Source of the DNA: a virus
Length of the DNA: 64,000 nucleotides
Virus record (IMG/VR): IMGVR_UViG_3300012003_000002
Location: 1 to 64,000 of that record
Strand: one strand, 5' to 3'
Shown here: piece after piece, positions 22,301 through 31,500 of the stretch
Layout of the letters: the number at the start of each line of letters is the position of its first letter
How positions within the stretch are numbered: position 1 is the stretch's first letter
Translations under genes and position numbers: made by a program
The notes under the pieces: generated by a model
Databases searched by the model: none
Told to the model about the DNA's origin: nothing
What the model saw: the letters and a program-made list of their open reading frames with translations, nothing else

Positions 22301-24365
22301 TTCTATCAATACTTTCATTATTATCATGCCATACTGAATTTTCTAATGAAGTTATTTCATTATTATTTCTTTCAATTTGAGTTTTTACAAATAATTGTCT
22401 AGCTTTTGTATCATATAATACTTTTTTAACTGTATTTAATGTATTTAAAGCATTTTCATGGTCTTCTGATTTTATATCTAAAGCATCAGGTAATGAAATA
22501 TTTTGATTATTTACACTATTATATGTTTTTCTTAATTCTTTAACATATTTTTTTAATGATTCAGCTTTTTCCGCTGGAGTAATTTCTTCTCCAGTTATAA
22601 GATTATTATCATTTTTCCTATTAGGATCTGCTTCTTCTTTTTTCTTTTGAGCATCAATAAAATCATTAACATATTCAAAACCACCTTGTTTATCTAAAAA
22701 ATCATGAGCTAATCCTGCAATAGCTTCATGATCTGCCCAATTTGCTATTAAATGATCGTTATTAGTACTTCCTAACATTTTATCATCAAAATTAGATTTT
22801 TGTCCAATTTGACCAACAATAGCATTTATAACCTTTTGTTTATCTAATATAGGTTTACCAGTTTGTTTATCTATTTTAGGAGTTATACCATCCGCTTCTT
22901 TAACGTTATAATCTGTTAAAACATTTGAATGATTTAAATTAGCAGTTTCTATTAAATTTTGAAGTTGTTTAATTTTATCATGTTCAGAGGTTTGTTGACC
23001 ACTAGCAATACTTCTATAATGATTAAATGAATGAAATGCACTTTCAAGTATTCCTTGAACAGTTCCTAATAACATATTATTACCCATATTTGGGTCTTCA
23101 TTCCAACCATCTACATATGTTTTTACAAAATCTTTAAAACCATTGTCTTTAAGTTTTCCTTCTCCCCATAATTCATTAGTTCTACCTATTGCAACTTGAG
23201 TTGTTTCATTTAATCCTCCTTCTAAACCTGTTAAAAGAGATTTACCTACTGCTTTTCCAAATTTTTCTAAACCTGTTTCTGCTATTAAAGTTATTGGATT
23301 TAAATTACTATCAACAGCTTTTTCAAATAAATTTTTAGCTCCATTAAAAGAACTATACATTTGTTTTGCAGCTATAAAAGCTGTAGGAATAGCTGTTAAT
23401 CCTGCTTGCCAAAATGCACTATCTGATGCAGCTTTAGCTTTTTCATCAATTTGTTCAGGAGATAAATGTAAAAATTGACCATCTCCTTTAGTATAATAAT
23501 CTCTAACAGCATCTTCTGCTGGTTTAGCAGTAATTGCCATTTGAGGTATTGCTCCTCCTAAAACTTGTTCTACTCCTTTTAAACCATCTACAAATTTTGT
23601 TGCAACAGGATTTAATCCTAATTCAGATTTACCAGCAGCAGTAGCTGTATATCTTTTGAGAAATTGAAATGATTTATTAACATCTGCTGCACCAAAACCA
23701 GCTTTTTCTGCTAATCCTGTTGCATCTAATGCCTCACCTACACCTGCACCAACAAGTCTACTTAATCCAAAACCTTCACCAACAACAGCTCCAGGCATAA
23801 ACATTCCCGCAACTAATGCCGCTCTATCTATACCTTCTTTTAATAACCATTGTGCCCTACCTTTACCATATAAGTTTTCTAACCAAGTATTATTTTCAGC
23901 TTCTCTAGTACCATATAAAGGCATTACTTTTTCTGCCCACTTATTCATATCTTCACCTGCTTTTGCAACAGGATTATCCCATATTTTTGAAGCATCCCAT
24001 GTAGCTAATGCTGGTAATACAGCTCCTAATTGTCCAACAGTAGTTGTTAAAAATCCAGCAGTTTTAACTCCAAAATTACCTAATGCATTACCTAATCTAT
24101 CTAATGTTGGTTGTACTTGACCTCTATGTTCATTAAGATCTGCTTGAACATTATTCCCTATTTCAGCATCCCAATTTAAAGATTTATCATAATCAGAATT
24201 ACCATATCCTGTACCAAAACCACGAACAATACCTCCTGAATTACTAAATGTTTTTTGTAATTCTGTTTGTGGTGCTTTATTTTTACTAGGATCTCTTACA
24301 GGTATTAACATATCTGGATCAACATGAGGTGTTCTTACTGGTATTTTGTTATCTTCTTCTTCCAT
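19386..24365 (-). CDS. Giant virion ejection protein (phi14:2 gp65-like)
   Basis: 1659 aa; Gly/Ala-rich hydrophobic N-terminal third; immediately upstream of vRNAP; only Cys is penultimate (KKCK). Confidence 0.78.
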   Translation of the reverse strand: MEEEDNKIPVRTPHVDPDMLIPVRDPSKNKAPQTELQKTFSNSGGIVRGFGTGYGNSDYDKSLNWDAEIGNNVQADLNEHRGQVQPTLDRLGNALGNFGVKTAGFLTTTVGQLGAVLPALATWDASKIWDNPVAKAGEDMNKWAEKVMPLYGTREAENNTWLENLYGKGRAQWLLKEGIDRAALVAGMFMPGAVVGEGFGLSRLVGAGVGEALDATGLAEKAGFGAADVNKSFQFLKRYTATAAGKSELGLNPVATKFVDGLKGVEQVLGGAIPQMAITAKPAEDAVRDYYTKGDGQFLHLSPEQIDEKAKAASDSAFWQAGLTAIPTAFIAAKQMYSSFNGAKNLFEKAVDSNLNPITLIAETGLEKFGKAVGKSLLTGLEGGLNETTQVAIGRTNELWGEGKLKDNGFKDFVKTYVDGWNEDPNMGNNMLLGTVQGILESAFHSFNHYRSIASGQQTSEHDKIKQLQNLIETANLNHSNVLTDYNVKEADGITPKIDKQTGKPILDKQKVINAIVGQIGQKSNFDDKMLGSTNNDHLIANWADHEAIAGLAHDFLDKQGGFEYVNDFIDAQKKKEEADPNRKNDNNLITGEEITPAEKAESLKKYVKELRKTYNSVNNQNISLPDALDIKSEDHENALNTLNTVKKVLYDTKARQLFVKTQIERNNNEITSLENSVWHDNNESIDRIKHLNNENKNLGDLHDELKEHYNMLTDKPILSKIVTSDIKKSKDTAKLLDMSSKLDNINYDNIEEVDNVRNENKDFINNSPIKNTIEKTFDEFKAGILTDKIKNIDNLEDLNDLNSKHIEPSSPKSKTKLDNNYKLNPETYQTLKQKVIDKKAELKAVKDAEEADTIANAKEDDNDFNGTSTTETHSTEGSDISDDLTPVTGENETPGDLEEAKKINPTEGKGVKLISYDRVKNKVLDWIEKQFPKGLSFERNPVNKVGTEVSFEINENPGAVSDNVKEALKQFKAGNLKDVNLLIDYLPINIKLTEGAYLPIETRRVNGEMNPETEMLRRSIIANLITGVPIESMNSTITGQYKGVLQVESPTAENSLLNLAGVTDLKYIKENTYFVNIHGQLENVLTGKFENFQNKFTKVNDRTKAYAAGEIYLMIPQADGISQFPLKLNISKLSIEESEGLFEIYKEILTQDKGSNTTLSEISPELLSIIQNIFGEQLKVITTPAKQKDIKLGEIIDLLVYESDKVKSRINVTEGILYFGDKSAHSGEIDALKEEIMHFLHTQKRHQIKIRPKSAEDNQRTNLSSNSANYIKYLVESKILSTNAVINQPAFQGYTNLFISPTVTTKGSEKVNKKSKPTKSITEIEDRLKGVRTIDELYQGFKSLNNKDQDLYKPLFTEKKLEIENKGKVKVSDAGVEIANNNFEGLDFGDNKKVDNKSKIADIKKRRQEAVDEFKKISNKELIQKFINEKHYHSGKVGESGNINTGIEQTDLLLNSKNPKANITISFKYIYNDKNNIEIKDDVLNEFQEYLKKYFNAKYTFSKGFSKTDTNSFIKFNFETNEELPSFKSYEIIDNFENIINAKYNAELKALENKSNNTRNIENNSVSLPESTTVIEDLSDSNKFVSSSDIPNTVENKQQMDKQNQVFKEPKGLEGQKDTKTITMLKDKVEKGTATEANLKQLESLKDKYGEEYVKKCK
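19659..19690 (-). promoter_or_regulatory. Bacteroidota-type promoter inside the upstream gene, about 270 nt before the vRNAP start
   Basis: TAGG-N19-TATCTTTG, same layout as the promoters at 28488, 35554 and 63453. Confidence 0.6.
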
Positions 24366-24371
24366 ATTTTT

Positions 24372-26162
24372 TTATTTTATAAAGGAATCATTTTCAAATT
24401 CATCTAAACTTATTCGCTCTGGTTGTTGTCCTGGTTTTGTTAAAATAATAGGTTTACCATCTGTAATATTACTATTATATCTTACTCTAGAATTATATAA
24501 TTTACTATTTTTATCTTGTATTAGTACATTCTCATTTACATGATTTAAAATTCCATTAAATACATTATGTGCACTTTTAACTTGTTTAAAATTAGGACTA
24601 TTTAATTCACTACCTGTTCTACCAATATATACTTGTGATTTTTTACCATCACCATCTGTCATTATACCATAAATTGGTGATATTTTTTGGTCATAAGTTG
24701 CACCATTCATTTTTTGATTACCTAAATTATGAGGACTTCCTATTCCATACAGAGATAAGGAGGTGCCTTTTTTACTAATATCATCTTTTGATATTGGGTC
24801 ACCTGTTTCAACATCATATAATACTCTATTTCCAGAAACAGCATCATTATACATACTATTTCCAATACTATTTAAATCTGAATCTTTTTGTACAGAAGGT
24901 ATTAATGCCCCAATACTTTTTGAAGTAGGTTTTAATATTACTGGTGAAAAAGTTGCAATATCATTAGTAGCTTTTTTAGCAATTAATTTATTTTGATCTT
25001 CTTTTGACATTTTATCAAATCCTGGAGTATTTTTACTAATATCTAATTTAGCATTATTATAAATAGATAATTCTGTTGGATTTAATACATCTTTAGGTTG
25101 AATTCTAGCATTTTTTCTTGCATTATCAAATTCTTCTTTTGTTTGAGCTTGTGGTATTTTACCAGAAAAAACATTTGCTGAATAATTTAATGCTGATTTA
25201 ATTGAATTTGTACCAATACTATTTATTTTATCGCTCAAGTCTGTTGAACCACTAGTATTAGAAGCACCCTGTGGTATTTTATCAAATCCTAAATTTCCTT
25301 GTTTTTGTCCATCATTTTTATAACCAATTATATCATGAGTATCATGCATTGTATTAATGTTACCATATTCAGACTTCATACCAACAGCACTTAATATTCT
25401 ATCACGAATATTTTCAGGACTCATTCCAGCAAATTGTGCAGATTTATAACCTTCTCCATTAGGAGATAACCATTTTGAACCAAAGTTTAATATAGCTGCT
25501 TTTTGTTGTTCGTCATTTGTAGTAGTTAATACTTGACCTGTTCCTGTAGTAGTACTAAGACTACCATCTGGATTATGTACTACATGATAACCATTATTTA
25601 TCATACTAGTTACTTGATTTTTACCAAGTTTAATATTTTTTAAATCTTCATCTAAATCTTGATACTTAGGAGCTTCCATTGGTTGTATATTTGTAACAAC
25701 TCCATTATTTTTAAAATCATTATTGTAATCACCAACATGTTGCGACCATCTTGCATTTGCAACTTGTGTACCATATTTTTTTGCTTCATCAGAAGCCATC
25801 CATTGTTTATAGTTTTCATTTTGAACTGCAGCAGCTTGATTTATTTTACCAATTTCTCCTGTTGGAGACACTAAATCATTATATTGTCTATTAAGTTTTT
25901 GAATATTTTGAAATGTAGTTGGATTATAACCTTCTTTATTTAAAGTATCAACATTTTTAGCAATTTCATTATCCATTTGATTTTTTAATTCTGTTGCTCT
26001 ATTTAAATGAATATCTAAAGGAGTTGCTTGAACCCTAAGCGCTTCAGCTTGTGCAATACTAGCATCGTGTTTTTGACGCATCATCATAGGAGCTATTGAT
26101 AACTCTTGAAATGATAATGGTTGAAAATTGGATATTGAGCCAGTGTCGTATCTATTAGCCAT
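24372..26162 (-). CDS. Virion cargo/ejection protein 2
   Basis: MANRYD...FQPLSFQEL N-terminus; syntenic position; Cys-free. Confidence 0.65.
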   Translation of the reverse strand: MANRYDTGSISNFQPLSFQELSIAPMMMRQKHDASIAQAEALRVQATPLDIHLNRATELKNQMDNEIAKNVDTLNKEGYNPTTFQNIQKLNRQYNDLVSPTGEIGKINQAAAVQNENYKQWMASDEAKKYGTQVANARWSQHVGDYNNDFKNNGVVTNIQPMEAPKYQDLDEDLKNIKLGKNQVTSMINNGYHVVHNPDGSLSTTTGTGQVLTTTNDEQQKAAILNFGSKWLSPNGEGYKSAQFAGMSPENIRDRILSAVGMKSEYGNINTMHDTHDIIGYKNDGQKQGNLGFDKIPQGASNTSGSTDLSDKINSIGTNSIKSALNYSANVFSGKIPQAQTKEEFDNARKNARIQPKDVLNPTELSIYNNAKLDISKNTPGFDKMSKEDQNKLIAKKATNDIATFSPVILKPTSKSIGALIPSVQKDSDLNSIGNSMYNDAVSGNRVLYDVETGDPISKDDISKKGTSLSLYGIGSPHNLGNQKMNGATYDQKISPIYGIMTDGDGKKSQVYIGRTGSELNSPNFKQVKSAHNVFNGILNHVNENVLIQDKNSKLYNSRVRYNSNITDGKPIILTKPGQQPERISLDEFENDSFIK

Positions 26163-26163
26163 A

Positions 26164-28449
26164 TTATTTTACTTTATTTTTAATTAAATAACCACCTAAT
26201 GCTTGTTGTTTAACAGTTCCAGATGATTGTAATTGTTTTAATTTATCTATAGTCATAGGTTTTTTAGTATCAGGATCTGTTACAATATTTCCATCAGGAC
26301 TTTTAACATATTCACCATCCCATTTATAACCAGTAGTTTTAGCAATTATCTTTTTCTCAACTTGTTCTTTACCAACATCTCCAACATCATTACCAATTGC
26401 AGATATATATTTAGATTTCTCATTACGGTAAGCTGCAGAATTTCTGTCATTAATATCTAATTCATTATTAGATTGTTGTAAATTAACTTGATCTATACCT
26501 AAATTAAATTGTTGAGCTCTATCATTAGTAGCTCTATTTTGAACTGCAGCTTGACTATAAGCATCAGATATAGCTTTAGTACGTTGTAATTGAGAACCTA
26601 TTATAGAAGATCTTAATTGACCTTGTGATGCACCAGATTGACCAATAGCACTAACTGAATTATTCATACTATTATTTGCAATGTTTTGTAATGATGCTTC
26701 ATCTACATATTCAGGTTTGTAACGATTAGATAATCTATCTAATCTTTCACCTTGAGGTTTTTTAAGTTGTGATAATTGAAAAGCATTTGCTGCAATTGGT
26801 GCATATCTTGCAATATTACCAGCATTTTGATTTACATAATCTCCAACTTTTCCAGTATTATATTTTAATATATCTAAATTAGAAGGTCCTGGTGTAAATT
26901 GTTTATTTACATTTGAAATATTAACAGTTGGTTGAGTTCCAATTGTATAAGGAACTGTAGTTATAGCAGATTTTAAATTATTTACAGATTCAATAGGTGC
27001 AGTATTTCTAGGAGTTAATTTTAAATCTTCATAATAACCATTATTTGTTTGATTGTTATTTAATTGATTATTAGGTCCTAAAATAGTTCCTGGATTTGTC
27101 ATAAAATAAGGTTTGTTATTTTCATAATAATCACCACCATTATACATTTGATTCGTTTTACCACCCATTGCAAATTGTTCAATTGGTTGTGTAGTTTGTG
27201 TTTGTAAATTATGTCGATACTGTTGTCCTTGTGGAGATTTCATATATGTATCATAACCACCTTGATTTACAAACTCTCTATTTACATTAGGATTAAATCC
27301 TGAATCACCTGGTTTTTTACCATAATATAAATAATGACCTTGTTCACCTGATGAACTATGTTGTATACCACCTTGTTCTCCTACAGCATATCTAAATCTA
27401 TCTGATTGATTAGATATATTTGCTCCTGGAATTATAGTTGTATTTGCTAAATTATCTTTAGTAATTAATGTAGGATCTCCAGACATTAAATTACCACCTA
27501 ATGCATATTGATCTGAAAATTTTCTATTTGTATTTAATGCAAAATTATTTGAATTTGTTAAAGCAGCATGTTTAGCTTTATTCGCACCTAATATCCCAGC
27601 TCCTGCACCTATTACTGCACCAGCAGCTGCACCCCAAGGTCCAAATGCCATACCTGTTTGAGCCCCTTTCATTGCACTACCTGTAATTATATTACCTTTA
27701 TTAACTTCTGTAGATGCATTTAATCCAGAAGTATCTTGTGCAGGTTTACCAAACGCAACTTTGCCTAAATCTAAAGCAGTTGTTGCTGCAGATACTACTC
27801 CTCCTGTACTTATTCCTCCAACAGAAGATCCTCCTGTTAAATCACCTGTACCAGTAGTACCTTGACCATTTGTTAATATTGAAGGTTGTGTTAATACAGA
27901 ATTACTTGTCATTCCAGTAGGTTTATAATTATAACCAATACCTATATTAGGATCTAAACCATACTGAGCAAATCCACCTACATCAAATTTTTTAGTATAA
28001 CCACCAAAAGCCATTTGTTGTTGATCATTTTGATTATTTTGAGGAATACTTTGTTGTTGCATTTCGGGTTGAGGTTGTTCTTGTTGCTCTTGTGGTTGCT
28101 CTATTTCAGGTTCTGGTGGTTTCATAGATTCCTGAGCTTCTGCAACTTTAGATAACATTGAATTTTTAGTAGATTGTGAAATTTTATCATTTCTACCTTT
28201 AAATTTATTATCAATTAATTTACTAGCATCTGCAACAGATTTACCAATTAAAGATTTAGGTAAATTATATTGAGATACAGTATTAGCATCTAGAAATATT
28301 CTATTACTATAAACAAAATTATTTTGTTTTGTTTCGTTTTCTTCTACACTATTATTATTTCCTATATTTACCCCACCATTTGGATTCTGGGAGTGAGTTC
28401 CTCCTGTATCAAATCGAGTAAGACCTCCATTTTGTGCATATTTTGTCAT
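26164..28449 (-). CDS. Virion cargo protein 1 (crAss001 gp45-like)
   Basis: GGTHSQNPNGGV..VEENET..FVYS N-domain, repeated hydrophobic-x-x-GG motifs, glycine-zipper GPWGAAAGAVIGAGAG; directly after muzzle. Confidence 0.72.
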   Translation of the reverse strand: MTKYAQNGGLTRFDTGGTHSQNPNGGVNIGNNNSVEENETKQNNFVYSNRIFLDANTVSQYNLPKSLIGKSVADASKLIDNKFKGRNDKISQSTKNSMLSKVAEAQESMKPPEPEIEQPQEQQEQPQPEMQQQSIPQNNQNDQQQMAFGGYTKKFDVGGFAQYGLDPNIGIGYNYKPTGMTSNSVLTQPSILTNGQGTTGTGDLTGGSSVGGISTGGVVSAATTALDLGKVAFGKPAQDTSGLNASTEVNKGNIITGSAMKGAQTGMAFGPWGAAAGAVIGAGAGILGANKAKHAALTNSNNFALNTNRKFSDQYALGGNLMSGDPTLITKDNLANTTIIPGANISNQSDRFRYAVGEQGGIQHSSSGEQGHYLYYGKKPGDSGFNPNVNREFVNQGGYDTYMKSPQGQQYRHNLQTQTTQPIEQFAMGGKTNQMYNGGDYYENNKPYFMTNPGTILGPNNQLNNNQTNNGYYEDLKLTPRNTAPIESVNNLKSAITTVPYTIGTQPTVNISNVNKQFTPGPSNLDILKYNTGKVGDYVNQNAGNIARYAPIAANAFQLSQLKKPQGERLDRLSNRYKPEYVDEASLQNIANNSMNNSVSAIGQSGASQGQLRSSIIGSQLQRTKAISDAYSQAAVQNRATNDRAQQFNLGIDQVNLQQSNNELDINDRNSAAYRNEKSKYISAIGNDVGDVGKEQVEKKIIAKTTGYKWDGEYVKSPDGNIVTDPDTKKPMTIDKLKQLQSSGTVKQQALGGYLIKNKVK

Positions 28450-28487
28450 ATTTTGTATTGTTATTTAAAATTATCTTTGTTGAATTA

Positions 28488-28519
28488 CAAAGATAAACAA
28501 TTATTCATTTTATTCCTAG
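28488..28519 (-). promoter_or_regulatory. Bacteroidota-type promoter for cargo/ejection genes
   Basis: TAGG-N19-TATCTTTG; the -7 element is one arm of a perfect 10-bp inverted repeat (28471-28496). Confidence 0.75.
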
Positions 28520-28543
28520 TAAATTATTGTATATTTTATAATC

Positions 28544-28589
28544 AAAAAAAGGTATAGATTATATTTTTTAAAATATTACCTATACCTTT
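28544..28589 (-). terminator. Intrinsic terminator after muzzle gene
   Basis: AAAGGTATAG...CTATACCTTTTTTT. Confidence 0.65.
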
Positions 28590-28599
28590 ATGTTGTTTT

Positions 28600-31500
28600 T
28601 TACATAGAATATGAGATTATCACATCGTGTAATATTAATTTATAATTAGAAGTATTATCAAATTGTAATACTAGTTTAACCCAAGGATTTCTAATCCTTT
28701 CTCTAGAATTTTGATTTCGAGGTAGAATAGCATTCCAATTTCTAAATTTTCTTCTAAGATTTGAATTTCTACCTACTGTTAATGGTACTAAACCAGAATC
28801 TTGATATTCATTATAAAGTCTAACTTTAGTTAATGTTTTATCAGGTTGATCAATATCATTTAAATATACTTCAGATTTATACATTATATTGTCAAATACT
28901 GTATCCATATCTGCTTCAGGATTAACATTTAATATAATATAAGAAGGATAATTTATTCCATAAAAATTATTATAATTTCCTGCATATTGACGATATAATG
29001 ATTTTAAATTAGGATTAGTTGTAATAAAATAATTACCATTTCCTATATATATACTTGGTAAATAATCATAAGAAGATATAAATTCATTACGTCTTTCATT
29101 ATATGAAATAGTAAAAGATTCATTTTCTTTATGAAATGTCATAAATATATCATCATTAATTTGATCATAACCTGAAGAAATTCCTTGTTTAATTAAAGGA
29201 TTATCTATTTTAAGATAATTTAATTCTGTATTTTTTATAAAATAAGAATGCATATTTTTTTCATCAGAAATATTATGTATTTGACCATTAAATAACATAA
29301 ATGCTTTATTTAATAAATCATAATAATAAACACCTTTAGATGTTGGTATAATACTCCATTTATTAACTGTACCACTTTCAGTACTTGCATATCGATATTC
29401 TTGTAATACTGAACCATATCCTAACTCTACAGCAATACCATCACTACCTTGTACCTGAACTCTAGGATTTATAGATATAAAAGCAAATGCTTTATTTTGT
29501 AATGTATATAATTGATCATTAAAACTTGTCAAACCATTTATAGAACCATATTTACCATCTAAAGTTAATACTTCATTTTGTAATATATCTGTCCAACTAT
29601 CTATTAATTCTCCAGATAATTTTAATTTTGAAGAAATAATATTAGTATCAAAACTATTTAATTTTTTAATATTATAATTAATATCTCTATTTTTAATTAA
29701 ATTTGACATTTGAGAATATACTCTATTATATTTATGATATTCTTTATCTTGATATTGAAATTTAGAATCCCAATTATTAATACTTATATCATTTCTATTT
29801 TTTAAATCTACAGTAGTTTCACATAAAACTTCTATAATTTCTTCATATTTATATACTCCTTGTGTTAAAATATCAGTATCTGTATTAGTAATTCTTAAAA
29901 ATTTAAAATTTCTAACAAAAGTATCTCCTGGACTATCAATTATATTAGATAATTGAGATAATGTTGAAGTTATAGATAAATTAATTAAATTACCAATTTC
30001 AATATAATTAGTTCTTTTTTTATCTTCATATGTATTTCCACCATATATATTACCTAAATATATTTCATCATCAGATTTTACAAATTCTCCAATTATAGCT
30101 TTATTATCTCCTCCATTACCAGTATTGGAATATAATGTTTCTAATTTAGTTCTATCCCAACTATTTATACTACTATTAGAATTTAAAACAAAAGTAAGAC
30201 ATTTGTTACCATAACTATTTATAGATATAATTTTTCTATTATATAACCCATCCTCCTTCCAACTACTATCTCCATCTGAATAAAAACTTTGTAAAGAATT
30301 TGAATATCTATATTTTGGATCATTATTATATGTTGTAAAATCCTGACCTTTTTCAGTAATTTCTGGAATACCATAAACATCATAAGTAACTTTATTATTA
30401 GGAGTAGAAAAGATAAGACTATTATTACTCATATCGTCTTGTGAATATTTTCTATAGAATAACGTATGTATTACTTTATTAGCATCACTACCTCCTGGAT
30501 GAGCAATTAAACCGTAACCATATACATTATTTACATCTCCTACAATTGATTCTTTTGATCCAGAATAAAATGAAGATATACCATTAAATACTTTACCTTC
30601 TTGTAAAATAGTACTAGTTAAAGGTTCAATAACTCTACCCCATGAATCATTAGATTTATTTGTAATAATTCCTTTTATTTTAAATTTTAAATTTTGAGAT
30701 AAAGGAATACTTTCATTAAATAATATTTCAGGAGAATATAGTTGCATCATTGAATTATATTGATAAAATCTACCTGCAGTATCTTTATTTCCATAAAAAG
30801 CTCTTTGAATCTCTGTATTTGGATCTTCTGTAAGATTGTTCATTATATCAAGATGACTACATTTCCTTAAAGGTTGTGTATTACCATATAAATTAGTATT
30901 ACAATTTCTAGCTAATATATTTGGTAATTTAGGTAAAGTATCTGTAATACTTTTAGTAGCTAATAATATAGAATCTGCATATTGATTTGTAGTTTTATAA
31001 TTAATCATCATAGATGTTAAAAATCCATTTGCAACAATTGTTTTATCATTAATGGTTCTTTCAGCAATTAATATTTTATAACCTACTGGTATATCATATT
31101 CTGTTTGAAAATTAGAACTTGTATTTAACCAAACTAAAAATTCATTTTTAAAATCTACTTTTAAAGTATTATATAAATTTTTTAAATTACCAGAATTACT
31201 TTTAAAATCAGCCATCCATTTTGGTAAAGATTTTTGTCCATATTTATTATAAAATATAACTCCTAATCTATAAATTTCATCATCTTTAAAATATTTATTA
31301 TTTTTATTATAGTTATTACTTTGAGTAAGTGTATATTTTAAATATTTACCTTCTCCTCCTTGTATTGAACTGTTGTATTGATAACGTCTAGTATCATAAT
31401 TAAGATTAATAGAATCATGATTTTCAGGAACATTATAATCTGCAAAAACAGTTAATGATGTTCCATCAGGATTTCCATTATTTAATATTAAATCTTTATA

